The position numbers were made by a program, and so were the translations under genes. From positions 1 through 42,497 of IMG/VR virus record IMGVR_UViG_3300037423_000981: a stretch of 42,497 bases of DNA; one strand, given 5' to 3'. Source of the stretch: a virus. Lineage: Duplodnaviria; Caudoviricetes. Under the pieces are notes generated by a model. The model was not told where the DNA came from, did not search any database, and was given only the letters and a program-made list of their open reading frames with translations. Positions 1 to 8,681 of the stretch are shown in pieces; the stretch's first letter is position 1; every line of letters begins with the position of its first letter.

Positions 1-41
1 GGTGTTGCTCATATCGACCGCTGTTTTGACCCACTCCCACT
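1..41. repeat. 41-nt terminal direct repeat, left copy (circular assembly overlap)
   Basis: ggtgttgctc...cactcccact is identical to 42457-42497. Confidence 0.95.
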
Positions 42-222
42 CATGTACACATTGCCCAGCTAATGCCGCATCCCTCTCCTTAAGCAGGGTAGAGATTGCT
101 TCTGCTGCTTCGGTACAGATACCTTGCACGGTTGCGTCACGATCCTTGACATACCAGTCAGCAACCGACTGCAACCGCTCAATCAGCTTCTCATAGTCAG
201 GCTTCAGCTCAACCTCACCCAT
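1..222 (-). CDS. N-terminal part of a 106-aa hypothetical protein spanning the circular junction (continues 42456 to 42358); CxH...CxxC zinc-ribbon-like motif
   Basis: Manual translation MGEVELKPDYEKLIERL...QCVHEWEW...MRCSKCGTTR...PRA* reads through the junction. Confidence 0.75.
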   Translation of the reverse strand, partial: MGEVELKPDYEKLIERLQSVADWYVKDRDATVQGICTEAAEAISTLLKERDAALAGQCVHEWEWVKTAVDMSNT

Positions 223-502
223 TACGACTGGCTCCTTCTCGTGCTCTTAGGGCGGCGGCTTCTGCCCGGATCATCCCAGCGTCTTTGTTGTCGAAGGTCC
301 AGCCATGCAGCCAGTAGATGATGGCAGCATTGTGCACCGGATCGTTGGGCCATCCTCCGAGTTCGCGGATGGTCACGGCCTCGTTGATGAAGCTCATGCG
401 CCGCGCCATTTTCTCAACGCGCTCAGCAAGCTCCAACTTATCCATCCTGCTTCTCGCTTTTCGGGGAAAGGGCGGCGCGGGCGATTTGTTCGACCTCGCC
501 AA
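215..502 (-). CDS. Hypothetical protein (true start may be the later Met, MDKLELA)
   Basis: ORF in a tightly packed leftward operon. Confidence 0.6.
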   Translation of the reverse strand: MARSNKSPAPPFPRKARSRMDKLELAERVEKMARRMSFINEAVTIRELGGWPNDPVHNAAIIYWLHGWTFDNKDAGMIRAEAAALRAREGASRNG

Positions 503-845
503 TTACGTCAGCACGCTCGCGATACATGCCAGCCCATCCTCCAGTGAAGCTGCTGCTCAGACGCTCAAGGGCGGCACGATACCGCTCGTTCTCCTCCATC
601 ACCGGGGCGATGAGTGCGAGAAGCGAACGAAGGTCTGAAATCTTCGGCGGCGCTGGGTACATTGTCGGGCCGCCCCAATTCGATGCGTCCTCATACTCAG
701 CGATGTAGCGCTCGATCCGCGCGATCTTATCCCGCATCGTGTCAGTCACAGGCCAAAAGGTTTCTCCGGGTGCGTGGAAGCCGTCTGAGCAATACTCGTT
801 CTCCTCGGGCTTCTTCGCGCCGCACGTTGGGCATACCTCCCGCAT
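438..845 (-). CDS. Hypothetical protein with N-terminal CPTC motif
   Basis: MREVCPTCG...; abuts the upstream stop. Confidence 0.6.
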   Translation of the reverse strand: MREVCPTCGAKKPEENEYCSDGFHAPGETFWPVTDTMRDKIARIERYIAEYEDASNWGGPTMYPAPPKISDLRSLLALIAPVMEENERYRAALERLSSSFTGGWAGMYRERADVIGEVEQIARAALSPKSEKQDG

Positions 846-846
846 C

Positions 847-1167
847 TCAGTCACGGGTTGAGTCCTTGGGCTTTGGAGATTTTTCGTCTCGAATAAGCCA
901 GTCTTCGGGCCGCATCTGGAACAGCGACTTACCCATTCGCGCGTCGGCGAACGGATCGAAACGCCAGCCTTTCGGCACTTCTCCATCTTCACCTGTTGTC
1001 ATGACTTTGCCCTCTGGCTTAGGCGCTTCGTCTTTCTCGCGCATCGGCCCGAGCTGCCCTGATGGGCTCCGATCCAAGTTGTAACGGTGCTTGTCCTGAT
1101 GGTGCCATGGGTGCATGTTAATTTCCTCCCAATGCTGAGAAACACGCGCCGAATAGAACCGCACCAA
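847..1167 (-). CDS. Hypothetical protein (likely start MHPWHH near 1116)
   Basis: Packed ORF. Confidence 0.5.
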   Translation of the reverse strand: MVRFYSARVSQHWEEINMHPWHHQDKHRYNLDRSPSGQLGPMREKDEAPKPEGKVMTTGEDGEVPKGWRFDPFADARMGKSLFQMRPEDWLIRDEKSPKPKDSTRD

Positions 1168-1306
1168 TCATGAAGACCGCACAGCCAGCATTGCCGGTTC
1201 TACCATCGTAGGGACCGCCCATCGCATCGGCACCGAACATGCCCACACCCGCTGATGCAGCGATAAAGCCAATGATGCTGCCGATGATGAGGAGGGCGTG
1301 GGTCAT
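1118..1306 (-). CDS. Small membrane protein with two hydrophobic helices
   Basis: Hydrophobic segments; ATGA-type coupling to the upstream gene. Confidence 0.65.
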   Translation of the reverse strand: MTHALLIIGSIIGFIAASAGVGMFGADAMGGPYDGRTGNAGCAVFMIGAVLFGACFSALGGN

Positions 1307-1491
1307 TGTAAGGTGTCCATCAGTCTGGCGACCCGTCTATCACGTCTCAATTCTGCGATTGGCTTGGCGAAACCATCCGGGCGAAAAAGCTCAGTATAGA
1401 GTCCCGCCGCAATCGCCGCGCCGATTAACCCTTCGAACCGTAGCGGGTCGAGCCAGAGCGCGCGGTCAAAATCAGGCGGAAGTTTGCTCAT
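1303..1491 (-). CDS. Hypothetical protein
   Basis: SD GGAGAGG and coupled start. Confidence 0.6.
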   Translation of the reverse strand: MSKLPPDFDRALWLDPLRFEGLIGAAIAAGLYTELFRPDGFAKPIAELRRDRRVARLMDTLQ

Positions 1492-1840
1492 GCTGCCTCT
1501 CCGAGCTTGGCGAGGAGGGCGTCAGTCAATGAAGAGCGTCCAGCGACGACCGCACCTAAAGCATTCGCAGTCATAGCAGTGGATTCCTCCCGGTGAGCGC
1601 CGATGCCAGCGTTTGTGAAAGATGTTACAAAACAGCCGCTCCACAATAGGCAGCGCTGCCCCTGCTTCTTGGTGTGTCGCCATCAGTCGAACACTCCAGT
1701 TGAATGCGTGAAGTGACGCGACCAAATCGGCACGAAAAGCAGATATAACGTCATCGTTCCTGTGCTGTCGTCACGCCATATTTCGCTCATGCCAAACATT
1801 CTGCGCGGCGTATGTCCTGCTTCTCGATGTGAGTTAGGTG

Positions 1841-2221
1841 TCATGCTGCCGCATCCTCCTCGAAATAGTTGCTGCCCGGTCGGTTGCGGGCATACATTTC
1901 CTCGACAAGCTCTTGCGTGCGAGGAGTTGGCTTCACTCCCCCTGTCCATTGCAGGAAGCCGTCGCGATCTATTTCAAAATAGACGTGATACTCCCGCACT
2001 TTGCGGTGATAGTTGTACCGCCCGACCTTCTGCGATGCTTGCCTCACACAGAAGCGATAACCCGGAATCCAAGGCGTTTGGCGAGGGTTCACCAGATATT
2101 GCCAACCAGTGCTCACCCAATATCCAGCGCAAGGATGCGTCTGAGCGTTCCACTCTCCGACAGTCACAATTTGCTCACAGACATTGCAGACGCCGTAAGG
2201 CTCCCACGGCTCGGGCTTCAC
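1841..2221 (-). CDS. Hypothetical protein with CxxC motif
   Basis: Coupled ORF ending EEDAAA. Confidence 0.6.
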   Translation of the reverse strand: MKPEPWEPYGVCNVCEQIVTVGEWNAQTHPCAGYWVSTGWQYLVNPRQTPWIPGYRFCVRQASQKVGRYNYHRKVREYHVYFEIDRDGFLQWTGGVKPTPRTQELVEEMYARNRPGSNYFEEDAAA

Positions 2222-2418
2222 TCAGGTTCTCCCCAAATCGGAATGACGCCCTCGCCTCGGCAAGTCGTGCAGGGCACTCCACCGCAGTCGGTGCCGTAGC
2301 CGTGGCAAGCATCGCATTGTTCGAAATCAAGTGGTGCGAGCGTCCAGTGAAGGTCCGCGTTAGGGATCAAAGCCTTCGACCCCGAAGGGGTAACGCCAGA
2401 ACACTGTCGGTTAGGCAT
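2218..2418 (-). CDS. Small zinc-finger protein with DnaJ-type CxxCxGxG repeats
   Basis: CDACHGYG and CTTCRGEG. Confidence 0.65.
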   Translation of the reverse strand: MPNRQCSGVTPSGSKALIPNADLHWTLAPLDFEQCDACHGYGTDCGGVPCTTCRGEGVIPIWGEPE

Positions 2419-2648
2419 TGTCGGACCCTTTCTGGGTGGGGAGGTAGGCTATGCGGTCCCAATCAGCGGCGGCAGCCCAGCAGCCAAGGCCATGCGCCCA
2501 TCCGTAACCGCGCATGTGATAAAGTTTGCCGTCTCTGCACAAATACGGCCCTCCATCCCAGTCGCTTGGCGCATTCGGGTAGTCAGGGTGATCTGGGCCG
2601 TAAGCCACCATATCCGCAGGGACGCGCCCAGAATCAGTCATCATCATT
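2411..2648 (-). CDS. Hypothetical protein, first gene after attP (MMMTDSGR; start coordinate approximate)
   Basis: SD-like GGGGGA; the upstream in-frame extension runs through att and is not credible. Confidence 0.55.
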
Positions 2649-2660
2649 CCCCCGGTGAAG

Positions 2661-2678
2661 TTGTACGGGATTTGTACG
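2661..2678. promoter_or_regulatory. Putative integrase arm-type sites, left pair (TTGTACG x2, 11-bp period)
   Basis: Direct repeats at 2661 and 2672, matched by a pair on the other side of the core. Confidence 0.65.
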
Positions 2679-2730
2679 CGGTTTCGCGGTTTGTTCGGCG
2701 CGCGTTCCTGCATGGAACTGCAAGCGTCTA

Positions 2731-2777
2731 TGGCGCACCCGACAGGATTCGAACCTGTGGCCTCTGCCTTCGGAGGG
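2731..2777 (-). other. attP: attP core: 3' half of tRNA-Arg(CCG)
   Basis: Reverse complement CCCTCCGAAGGCAGAGGCCACAGGTTCGAATCCTGTCGGGTGCGCCA has anticodon CCG, T-loop GTTCGAATC and CCA end; no 5' half; 15 bp from the int stop. Confidence 0.92.
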
Positions 2778-2792
2778 AATTGGTCCAATCAC

Positions 2793-3884
2793 CTAATTAG
2801 ACCCTGTTTTCAGTAGTTTGATGCCTGTCTCCGTTTCGGCTTGTACGAGCCCTGTACGAAAACCGGCCAAAATCTTGTCCTCGAAACCCTCCGCATGGGT
2901 ATAGGTGCGGTTGAGCAAAACGGTGTCTGACCATCCGCCGAACTTGCCGACAGATTTGCTGTCCACACCTTGCCTGATGACGTGCTCCTGTCCGAAGCCG
3001 TGACGACCAGCGGCGTGAGGAGACAGATACGGAATACCCGCGTCCCTGCATGCCCGTTTCCAAGCCTTCAGCGGCCCGCACGATGAGGCAAAGCCGAACA
3101 CGCGCTTGTTCTCCGCCGTGCGCTTCCATCCTCTCGGCACCATCGGCGTCAAGTTAGCGAGCTCCGACACCAGTTCAGGCGGGATCTGAATTTCCCTGTC
3201 ACCGTGGCCCTTGGCTCCGGGAATGATGACCTTGTTTTGATCCAGCTTGAGATGGCACGGCGCCATCTGCACTGCCTGTCCCACTCTGGCTCCCGTAGCG
3301 AACATGAATAGCGCCAGTGCACCGTGCCTTTGCGGAGCTGTAGTGCGGAAGCTGAGCAGCCAAGCCCAATCACCAGGTCTGCGCTCAAGGCGACTTGCCT
3401 TCTTGCGCTTCTTGTCCTGTGCCACTCGCTCTTGTTCGGAGTAGCCCTTGATTTTGATGGGCGGGCACTTCCCTTTGTCGTTCGCGTTGTTGATGACGGC
3501 GCGGGCAGGAGTGACGACCCATCGCCTCCAAGTGTCCGTGCAGGCAGTGGGATATAGCTTAGGCCCGAGGTCTCGGATCATGCCCGGAGTGATGCGGTCA
3601 CAGCGGATTGGTCCTAGTTCGCGCAACAGAGGCTTTAAGTAGCGGGCCATCATCGGGGTTGGTTGGTACATCATGACGGCTGCCGCGAACGTTAGCGGCT
3701 GCTCCTCTTCGCCGATGAGATAGCGACGACGCTCCCGCTCCTCCCTCTCTGCGATCCAGTCCCGCGCTCCAACCTCATCAGATGCTCCAGTGCTTTCGCG
3801 GACGTAGCTGCTGATGGGCCGACCGTTGTATTCGACGCGCCCTTTCGCCCACCACGTTGACCCTCTGCGATATGCGGTGAGCAT
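2793..3884 (-). CDS. int: Tyrosine integrase
   Basis: ATGAR, GAKG, HAAGRH, GGW and catalytic Tyr (RTYTH); next to attP; SD GGAGG before ATG 3884. Confidence 0.93.
   Translation of the reverse strand: MLTAYRRGSTWWAKGRVEYNGRPISSYVRESTGASDEVGARDWIAEREERERRRYLIGEEEQPLTFAAAVMMYQPTPMMARYLKPLLRELGPIRCDRITPGMIRDLGPKLYPTACTDTWRRWVVTPARAVINNANDKGKCPPIKIKGYSEQERVAQDKKRKKASRLERRPGDWAWLLSFRTTAPQRHGALALFMFATGARVGQAVQMAPCHLKLDQNKVIIPGAKGHGDREIQIPPELVSELANLTPMVPRGWKRTAENKRVFGFASSCGPLKAWKRACRDAGIPYLSPHAAGRHGFGQEHVIRQGVDSKSVGKFGGWSDTVLLNRTYTHAEGFEDKILAGFRTGLVQAETETGIKLLKTGSN
2841..2858. promoter_or_regulatory. Putative integrase arm-type sites, right pair (TTGTACG/CTGTACG), inside the int 3' end
   Basis: Same motif and 11-bp period as 2661-2678. 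Confidence 0.65.
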
Positions 3885-4075
3885 GCTTCCTCCAGGATTC
3901 TGTCGATTTGGTCTGGCGTGATAATCATAGCCTTGCCGAGCACATGGCAAGCGCCAAGTTCGCGAGCCTTGGAGCGAAGGGTGCGCTCAGACATGGGAAT
4001 GCCCTTCGCTGCGAATACCTCGCACCACTCAGCCGGCGGCTTGCCGTGCTCGAGAATGAGGCTCACAGCGCTCAC
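3692..4075 (-). CDS. Putative excisionase / winged-helix DNA-binding protein
   Basis: SERTLRSKARELG helix motif; directly upstream of and overlapping int. Confidence 0.7.
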   Translation of the reverse strand: MSAVSLILEHGKPPAEWCEVFAAKGIPMSERTLRSKARELGACHVLGKAMIITPDQIDRILEEACSPHIAEGQRGGRKGASNTTVGPSAATSAKALEHLMRLERGTGSQRGRSGSVVAISSAKRSSR

Positions 4076-4076
4076 C

Positions 4077-4271
4077 CTACCGCACCCGCCTAAGCTTAGG
4101 ATGCACTATACGGAAATCGCTCCAGCTGCGTGACCATTTCGGATGCGACCTTGAGCGAATCGCCCTCACGCATAACCACTCATGCTCATCGTTACGCCAT
4201 GAGACGATATTGCAGACGCGGGTGGCTATGGGATCCAATGTCTGCTCAGCACGGAATTGAAGTTGCTTCAT
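4077..4271 (-). CDS. Hypothetical protein
   Basis: Coupled ORF. Confidence 0.55.
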   Translation of the reverse strand: MKQLQFRAEQTLDPIATRVCNIVSWRNDEHEWLCVRAIRSRSHPKWSRSWSDFRIVHPKLRRVR

Positions 4272-4720
4272 GCCGCTTCTCCGAATTGAGCTTGGCCTTC
4301 AGCGCGAAGTGTGGTCACGTCGCAGCCGATCCATTTGCTTAGCGTCTCAAGCGCTTGGTCAATGTAGGCCATGCGCTCGCTCTCGGGCATGGACTCGAAC
4401 GAAATGCTTTCGTCATCCCACTCGATAATCTCGCCAGTTTTCTTCGACATGATTGGCGAGGACAGGCCGCAGCGGCGCTTCAAATAGCGATGGAGCAGGC
4501 GGGGGGACATGCGCCCGTCCACCGCATCTGAAAGCTGTTCGCAGCCGACCTTGAGGCAGCACCAGTACAAAGCCAGCCTCCGAGTGTTGCCCTTGATGTT
4601 CTTAATCTCGATGCGGACGGCGCGGTCGGGAACCGATGAGAGCAATTCCTCCGCTGCCGGCGTAACCGGGCGAAGCGAGCCAAACACCTTGCGGAAGAGT
4701 GCTGGTTGATTGTCAGGCAT
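4268..4720 (-). CDS. NinB/DUF1367-like recombination-associated protein
   Basis: LALYW...LHRYLK...ESISFESM...YIDQA pattern; position in the recombination module. Confidence 0.65.
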   Translation of the reverse strand: MPDNQPALFRKVFGSLRPVTPAAEELLSSVPDRAVRIEIKNIKGNTRRLALYWCCLKVGCEQLSDAVDGRMSPRLLHRYLKRRCGLSSPIMSKKTGEIIEWDDESISFESMPESERMAYIDQALETLSKWIGCDVTTLRAEGQAQFGEAA

Positions 4721-5054
4721 AAGGATTATCCAACCGGTTGCGGAATGGCGAGCGCTCAAAAAACTCGCGAGCCAGCGCCATAAGGTTGACGCGATACTTG
4801 GCCTCGAAGCTCTTCTCGCCTATGCGGTGACATTCTCGGTGATGTTCGGCACAGCCGCTCGCGCAGTAAGCGTCCGATGGCTTCATGCCGGTGCCGGAGT
4901 TGGCTGCACGGCGAATGTGCATTGCCTCTATCGGCATGTTCGCGCAGCCAGGAACGACGCACAGATGGGTGCGTACCCAATCGCGATGAGCAGGCGAGCG
5001 AAGCCTAGGCTTGCCGCGCAGCTCACGTGAGTTGATGCGCGCTGGCAGCGTCAC
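4713..5054 (-). CDS. DUF968-like HNH-type nuclease
   Basis: RSPAHRDWVR, CVVPGC, HIR, KPSD, CAEHHRECH. Confidence 0.8.
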   Translation of the reverse strand: MTLPARINSRELRGKPRLRSPAHRDWVRTHLCVVPGCANMPIEAMHIRRAANSGTGMKPSDAYCASGCAEHHRECHRIGEKSFEAKYRVNLMALAREFFERSPFRNRLDNPYA

Positions 5055-5218
5055 GCCGCAGCCCTCATCTTCGCCCGCAACCTATCCTCACGGTTGGCTT
5101 TTAGTTTCGTGAGCCTCCAGATGGCGTCGGTGCGGTAGAGCTCGCGTCGGCGCATCCTTCGCTCAAGGTTCCTGACAAAGCGCCAGACGCGCTCTGTTTC
5201 TCGTTCGGAGGCGGTCAT
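5051..5218 (-). CDS. Small basic hypothetical protein (55 aa)
   Basis: Manual ORF MTASERE...MRAAA, coupled on both sides. Confidence 0.55.
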   Translation of the reverse strand: MTASERETERVWRFVRNLERRMRRRELYRTDAIWRLTKLKANREDRLRAKMRAAA

Positions 5219-6192
5219 TAAACACTCGCCTCAGCAACGGTTTTCAGCGCGGCCGCGCGTTCGTCATAGATCTGTTCGAAGCGTCTGGACTCCTCGCCGT
5301 CGAGCGATTCTACGGCATCGCCGTTCCTGCTCAGCCAGCCCTGCAATTCCTGCCAGCTTTCGACTTCGGCCAAGGTCGAGCAGAGCAGTTGATAGGTGAG
5401 GCTTTCTTGCTTTGGAGCTAGCGCCTCACGGTAGTTTTTAATGAACGCCTTGTAGCCCTCAAAATCCTCGCCATCTCCTGTCCACCACTCGTGGTTGGCG
5501 TCTTTGATCGTTTGCAGATCATCCTTGTTGGCCGAGATGATGGCGTTGAACTCTTCCAGGCTTTGCGCCTTCTCGCATTCAGTCTGCATGGCGCGCAGCC
5601 GCTGCTTGATCTTATGGATGCCGACGACTTTCTGGCGCTCTGGTTGAGCTTCCAGAATTTCGCCAGTCTCAGGATCGTGAGGCTCGTCCGCCTTAGGTTC
5701 GAAGCTCGCTACTTCCTCAGGCACGTAAAGGCCGCTGGTAGCGCCAGGGTACACTGTGCGGACGCCTTCGCTGATGACGCGGCTGCGGAACATCTGCCGG
5801 GGATATTTGGCGTACATGCCATTGCTGCCGAGCTGAGCCTTCTTGGCCCGCTCCTTGTCCCATGAAATACGGGCCGATCCGGCAGGATGCGTGAACGTCG
5901 CGTCGGCGCCGTCATCGTCCAGCTTGTGCCACTCCACCTTGCCGCCCGAGTTGATAAAGTCGCGCAGCATCGCCTCGGCCTTCTTGGCCGGCTTGCCGCT
6001 GATGACGCTGTAGTCGCGGAACACCACGGCAGGATGCTGCCCCTCAGCTTGGGCGAGCAGACAGAGCGTGAGAACGCCGTAGGGGTCTTTCAGTCCGAAC
6101 ATGCCGCTCTTGGCGATCGCTCCGGCGATGCGCTCAACCTCGCTCATGCTGAATGAGGGTGCGCCGCCTTTGATGATGGTAAGGTCGTTCAC
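5218..6192 (-). CDS. RecT/Red-beta-like single-strand annealing protein
   Basis: IAKSGMF, VISGKP and YAKYPRQMFRSRV...GLYVPEE core; acidic C-terminus. Confidence 0.75.
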   Translation of the reverse strand: MNDLTIIKGGAPSFSMSEVERIAGAIAKSGMFGLKDPYGVLTLCLLAQAEGQHPAVVFRDYSVISGKPAKKAEAMLRDFINSGGKVEWHKLDDDGADATFTHPAGSARISWDKERAKKAQLGSNGMYAKYPRQMFRSRVISEGVRTVYPGATSGLYVPEEVASFEPKADEPHDPETGEILEAQPERQKVVGIHKIKQRLRAMQTECEKAQSLEEFNAIISANKDDLQTIKDANHEWWTGDGEDFEGYKAFIKNYREALAPKQESLTYQLLCSTLAEVESWQELQGWLSRNGDAVESLDGEESRRFEQIYDERAAALKTVAEASV

Positions 6193-6455
6193 TTGTTCGT
6201 CGGGAGGCGCTTATTCGGCTGACCCTCCCGTCCCTTGTGTTCGTTCGAAAGTTGATCGAAACGCGAAGCGCCAAGACGCGCAGCGGCTTGGTCCGAAGGA
6301 TGAGAGCAACGGTGCTGCGAAGCAGCATTCGCCAACCCTTGTTCCCTTGGTTGCTCACTCGCTTTGCGAACGATGAGACAGCAGTAGTCTGCTACAGCGT
6401 CGGCTCTCCGCGCTTCAGCGTCAGTCATTCCCCATGCGGATTGTTGAGCGATCAT
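6189..6455 (-). CDS. Hypothetical protein
   Basis: Packed ORF. Confidence 0.5.
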   Translation of the reverse strand: MIAQQSAWGMTDAEARRADAVADYCCLIVRKASEQPREQGLANAASQHRCSHPSDQAAARLGASRFDQLSNEHKGREGQPNKRLPTNK

Positions 6456-6460
6456 GCGCT

Positions 6461-6670
6461 TCAGGCTTTCTCGACAAAATCGATAATCTCGGTTGGGACG
6501 TTGCGCTTGGATTGCGCACAGACTTGGAGCTGCACCTTGACGGTGCGGATAATCTCGCGCGCCTGAGAAGCGATTGCGTCACCTTGTGCGGGCAGCATGT
6601 TGTCGCTTTTGATGGACTGGAGCGTTTCCCAAAGGGCGTCTTTGAGATTAACGGCCGACAAGGTTTTCAT
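6461..6670 (-). CDS. Hypothetical protein (MKTLSAVNLKD)
   Basis: SD AAAGGAG. Confidence 0.65.
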   Translation of the reverse strand: MKTLSAVNLKDALWETLQSIKSDNMLPAQGDAIASQAREIIRTVKVQLQVCAQSKRNVPTEIIDFVEKA

Positions 6671-7172
6671 AATCGCGTCTCCTTTGAATCCATTTGTTAA
6701 GGGTGCCGTTGGCGGCGTAGATTTCGGTTCTTGTCGCCCGCGACGAGATTTCGTTTTCAAGGTCGCGGAGGACGAGCGCGGCTTCGGCGAAGGGGCCGAA
6801 GTCTTTGCGCGCACAATAGATGCGGTCATATTCGGCCTTCCATTTCCGGTATTCAGGGCGCCGGCAGTACTCGACGTGCCGTGGCATGGTTGCTTTGCGG
6901 TAGGCTCGCTCACGCTCTGGATCGCGAGTACGTTGGTAGTAGGCTGCCTTCTGAGCCTTCAGCCTGGCTCTGTTTCGCTCGCGATATTCAGCGTCGTATT
7001 TCGCCTTATCCGCTCGCTTTTCAGCGTCTGTTCTGGTATCGCATCGGCGAGCCAGTCCGGCGCAGTCGCGATTGCAATACAGCGGCCATGATCGCTTGAT
7101 CGCGCGGTTGATTTCACCGGTATTGCGGTAAGCGGTCTTTCCGCAGTGCGCGCAGATGAACGGACGCTTCAC
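6648..7172 (-). CDS. Basic protein with CxxC...YCxxxC zinc finger
   Basis: CAHCGK...YCNRDC; Arg/Lys-rich helix; GTGA coupling. Confidence 0.65.
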   Translation of the reverse strand: MKRPFICAHCGKTAYRNTGEINRAIKRSWPLYCNRDCAGLARRCDTRTDAEKRADKAKYDAEYRERNRARLKAQKAAYYQRTRDPERERAYRKATMPRHVEYCRRPEYRKWKAEYDRIYCARKDFGPFAEAALVLRDLENEISSRATRTEIYAANGTLNKWIQRRRDYENLVGR

Positions 7173-7399
7173 GCCGCCACCTGCCAACGTCCATCAGGAC
7201 GCTCCTTCGGCTCAAGGTCAGCGCGCTCTGGCTTTACGCCATAATGATGAGCCTTGATTTTGAACCAAGCGCCATCCCTGAGGAAGTAACCACCAGCTTG
7301 TGGGCAGTTGCTCAAATCGTTTGGATCGCCACGGAGTTCGCGCAGAAACTCTGCTGCGCTTGTGGTGCTGGCATCTGCGATAGTGGCGCGGTCAGGCAT
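7169..7399 (-). CDS. Hypothetical protein
   Basis: Coupled ORF. Confidence 0.55.
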   Translation of the reverse strand: MPDRATIADASTTSAAEFLRELRGDPNDLSNCPQAGGYFLRDGAWFKIKAHHYGVKPERADLEPKERPDGRWQVAA

Positions 7400-7724
7400 C
7401 TTGCGCCTCCGCGAGTGCAATGGCTTTGTCGAAGGCGGCTATGACTTCGGCTTGGGAGCGCTCTGGAGCGTCATTCCAATGAAGGACATCAGGCTCATCG
7501 CCATCGCCGCCTACTGCCAGACTGAGGTATTTCATCCCCGGCAGTTGACTGTTCGGCCATTGCTTGTTCGCTGCCCCGATTGCACCAGCGGCGCAGAAGC
7601 ACACAGCTTTGCGCTTCAGGAAATCAATCCCGGAGCCTTGCTCGCCGCGAGCATATTGACCTTGCGTCCACCCGCGCTCAATCAGCGCCCGCGCCTTGCG
7701 CAACTTGTCGGCAGCGGCGCTCAC
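7392..7724 (-). CDS. DUF6197-like phage protein
   Basis: LIERGWTQG...CAAGAI...WND...EVIAAFDKA motif. Confidence 0.7.
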   Translation of the reverse strand: MSAAADKLRKARALIERGWTQGQYARGEQGSGIDFLKRKAVCFCAAGAIGAANKQWPNSQLPGMKYLSLAVGGDGDEPDVLHWNDAPERSQAEVIAAFDKAIALAEAQDA

Positions 7725-8020
7725 CGGAACAGCTCCTGCCCGCCGAAGTAAACGATGCAGAACACGGCGACTGCGAGACAGAAAGCCCTGACGACCCTCT
7801 GCCACCTCAACCTACGCTCTACCTTATGGCGCCATTCGTGTTGGCCTCGCTGATCGAAAGGATCGCGGTTGTTGAAGAGGTCTGGGCGATAATCGTACTG
7901 AGCGCTGAGACGGTCGCGTTCGGCGTGTAGATCAGTGTTGAACTGCTGCTCAGCTTCCGTGATGTAGCCAGTGCGGAGAGGGATTACCTCGCCCCATGGT
8001 GTGACGGCGGGGCGGGTCAT
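7721..8020 (-). CDS. Hypothetical protein with C-terminal TM helix
   Basis: AFCLAVAVFCIVYFG. Confidence 0.6.
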   Translation of the reverse strand: MTRPAVTPWGEVIPLRTGYITEAEQQFNTDLHAERDRLSAQYDYRPDLFNNRDPFDQRGQHEWRHKVERRLRWQRVVRAFCLAVAVFCIVYFGGQELFR

Positions 8021-8400
8021 GCTTCACCGCCGATCTTGGCGAGAGCTTCGCGAGCTATCTGGCGCTGCGAACGGGCCATGGTTTCCCATGCGGATTTGTG
8101 TAACGGGGACCCGATTAGGTGGCCGTCTCGAATGGCGGTCAGCGCCTCTACGAGCTCTGCATGATGCGCCAGTTTTGGCGCATTAACATTCGCCTGCTCG
8201 TCCATTGCATCCAACGTCTTGCGGTAACTGTCGCAGTCCCCTTCCAGATCGCGGATGCGCTTCTCGGCAGACTGGAGCTGTTCGGTTAGTTCTGCATGAT
8301 GGGAGGCTTCGATGGCGGCGCGAGCGCGAGCTTCGTTGGAATGCTCGACTGCAATCGCAGCTTCAACCGCCTCCACCATTGCTGAAGGATTGTGAGGCAT
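8017..8400 (-). CDS. Coiled-coil hypothetical protein
   Basis: Heptad-rich; coupled. Confidence 0.6.
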   Translation of the reverse strand: MPHNPSAMVEAVEAAIAVEHSNEARARAAIEASHHAELTEQLQSAEKRIRDLEGDCDSYRKTLDAMDEQANVNAPKLAHHAELVEALTAIRDGHLIGSPLHKSAWETMARSQRQIAREALAKIGGEA

Positions 8401-8600
8401 TAGAAGCCCCCAACCTTGTCGAGCTTGATGGGCGCTAGGATCAGGACAATGAGGCCCGTTCCGGTTTGCGCTCCAATAATGCCGCCTTCGATGGCGATAT
8501 GATCGCCCTCTTCAGGGCCGAACACCACGTTGGCCTCGGAGCGATATTCATCTTCCGCGAGAAGGCGGTCGATCTGCTCTTTCAGTTCGCGAAGTTTCAT
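8400..8600 (-). CDS. Hypothetical protein, first gene of the PL operon
   Basis: SD GGAGG. Confidence 0.7.
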   Translation of the reverse strand: MKLRELKEQIDRLLAEDEYRSEANVVFGPEEGDHIAIEGGIIGAQTGTGLIVLILAPIKLDKVGGF

Positions 8601-8626
8601 GTGCCGTGCCTCCGTTGATGGAGACC

Positions 8627-8681
8627 GGTGTACGCTCGGGGCGTACGTACGTCAATACTAAATCGTACGCGTCAAACGTAC
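8627..8681 (-). promoter_or_regulatory. PL promoter (TTGACG-N17-TACACC) with two OL operators GTACG-N7-CGTAC at 8630-8646 and 8665-8681
   Basis: Palindromic 17-mers flank the -35 box at 8650-8655. Confidence 0.8.

Noticed and set aside
1-41. Biological terminal repeat
   Set aside because: It falls mid-gene and its length fits an assembler overlap; the PBSX-like terminase suggests headful packaging
1762-2658. 298-aa + strand ORF
   Set aside because: Arg/Ser-rich antisense shadow over coupled minus-strand genes
2731-2777. Functional tRNA-Arg gene
   Set aside because: Only the anticodon-to-CCA half is present; the D-arm and 5' acceptor strand are missing, so it is an attP core
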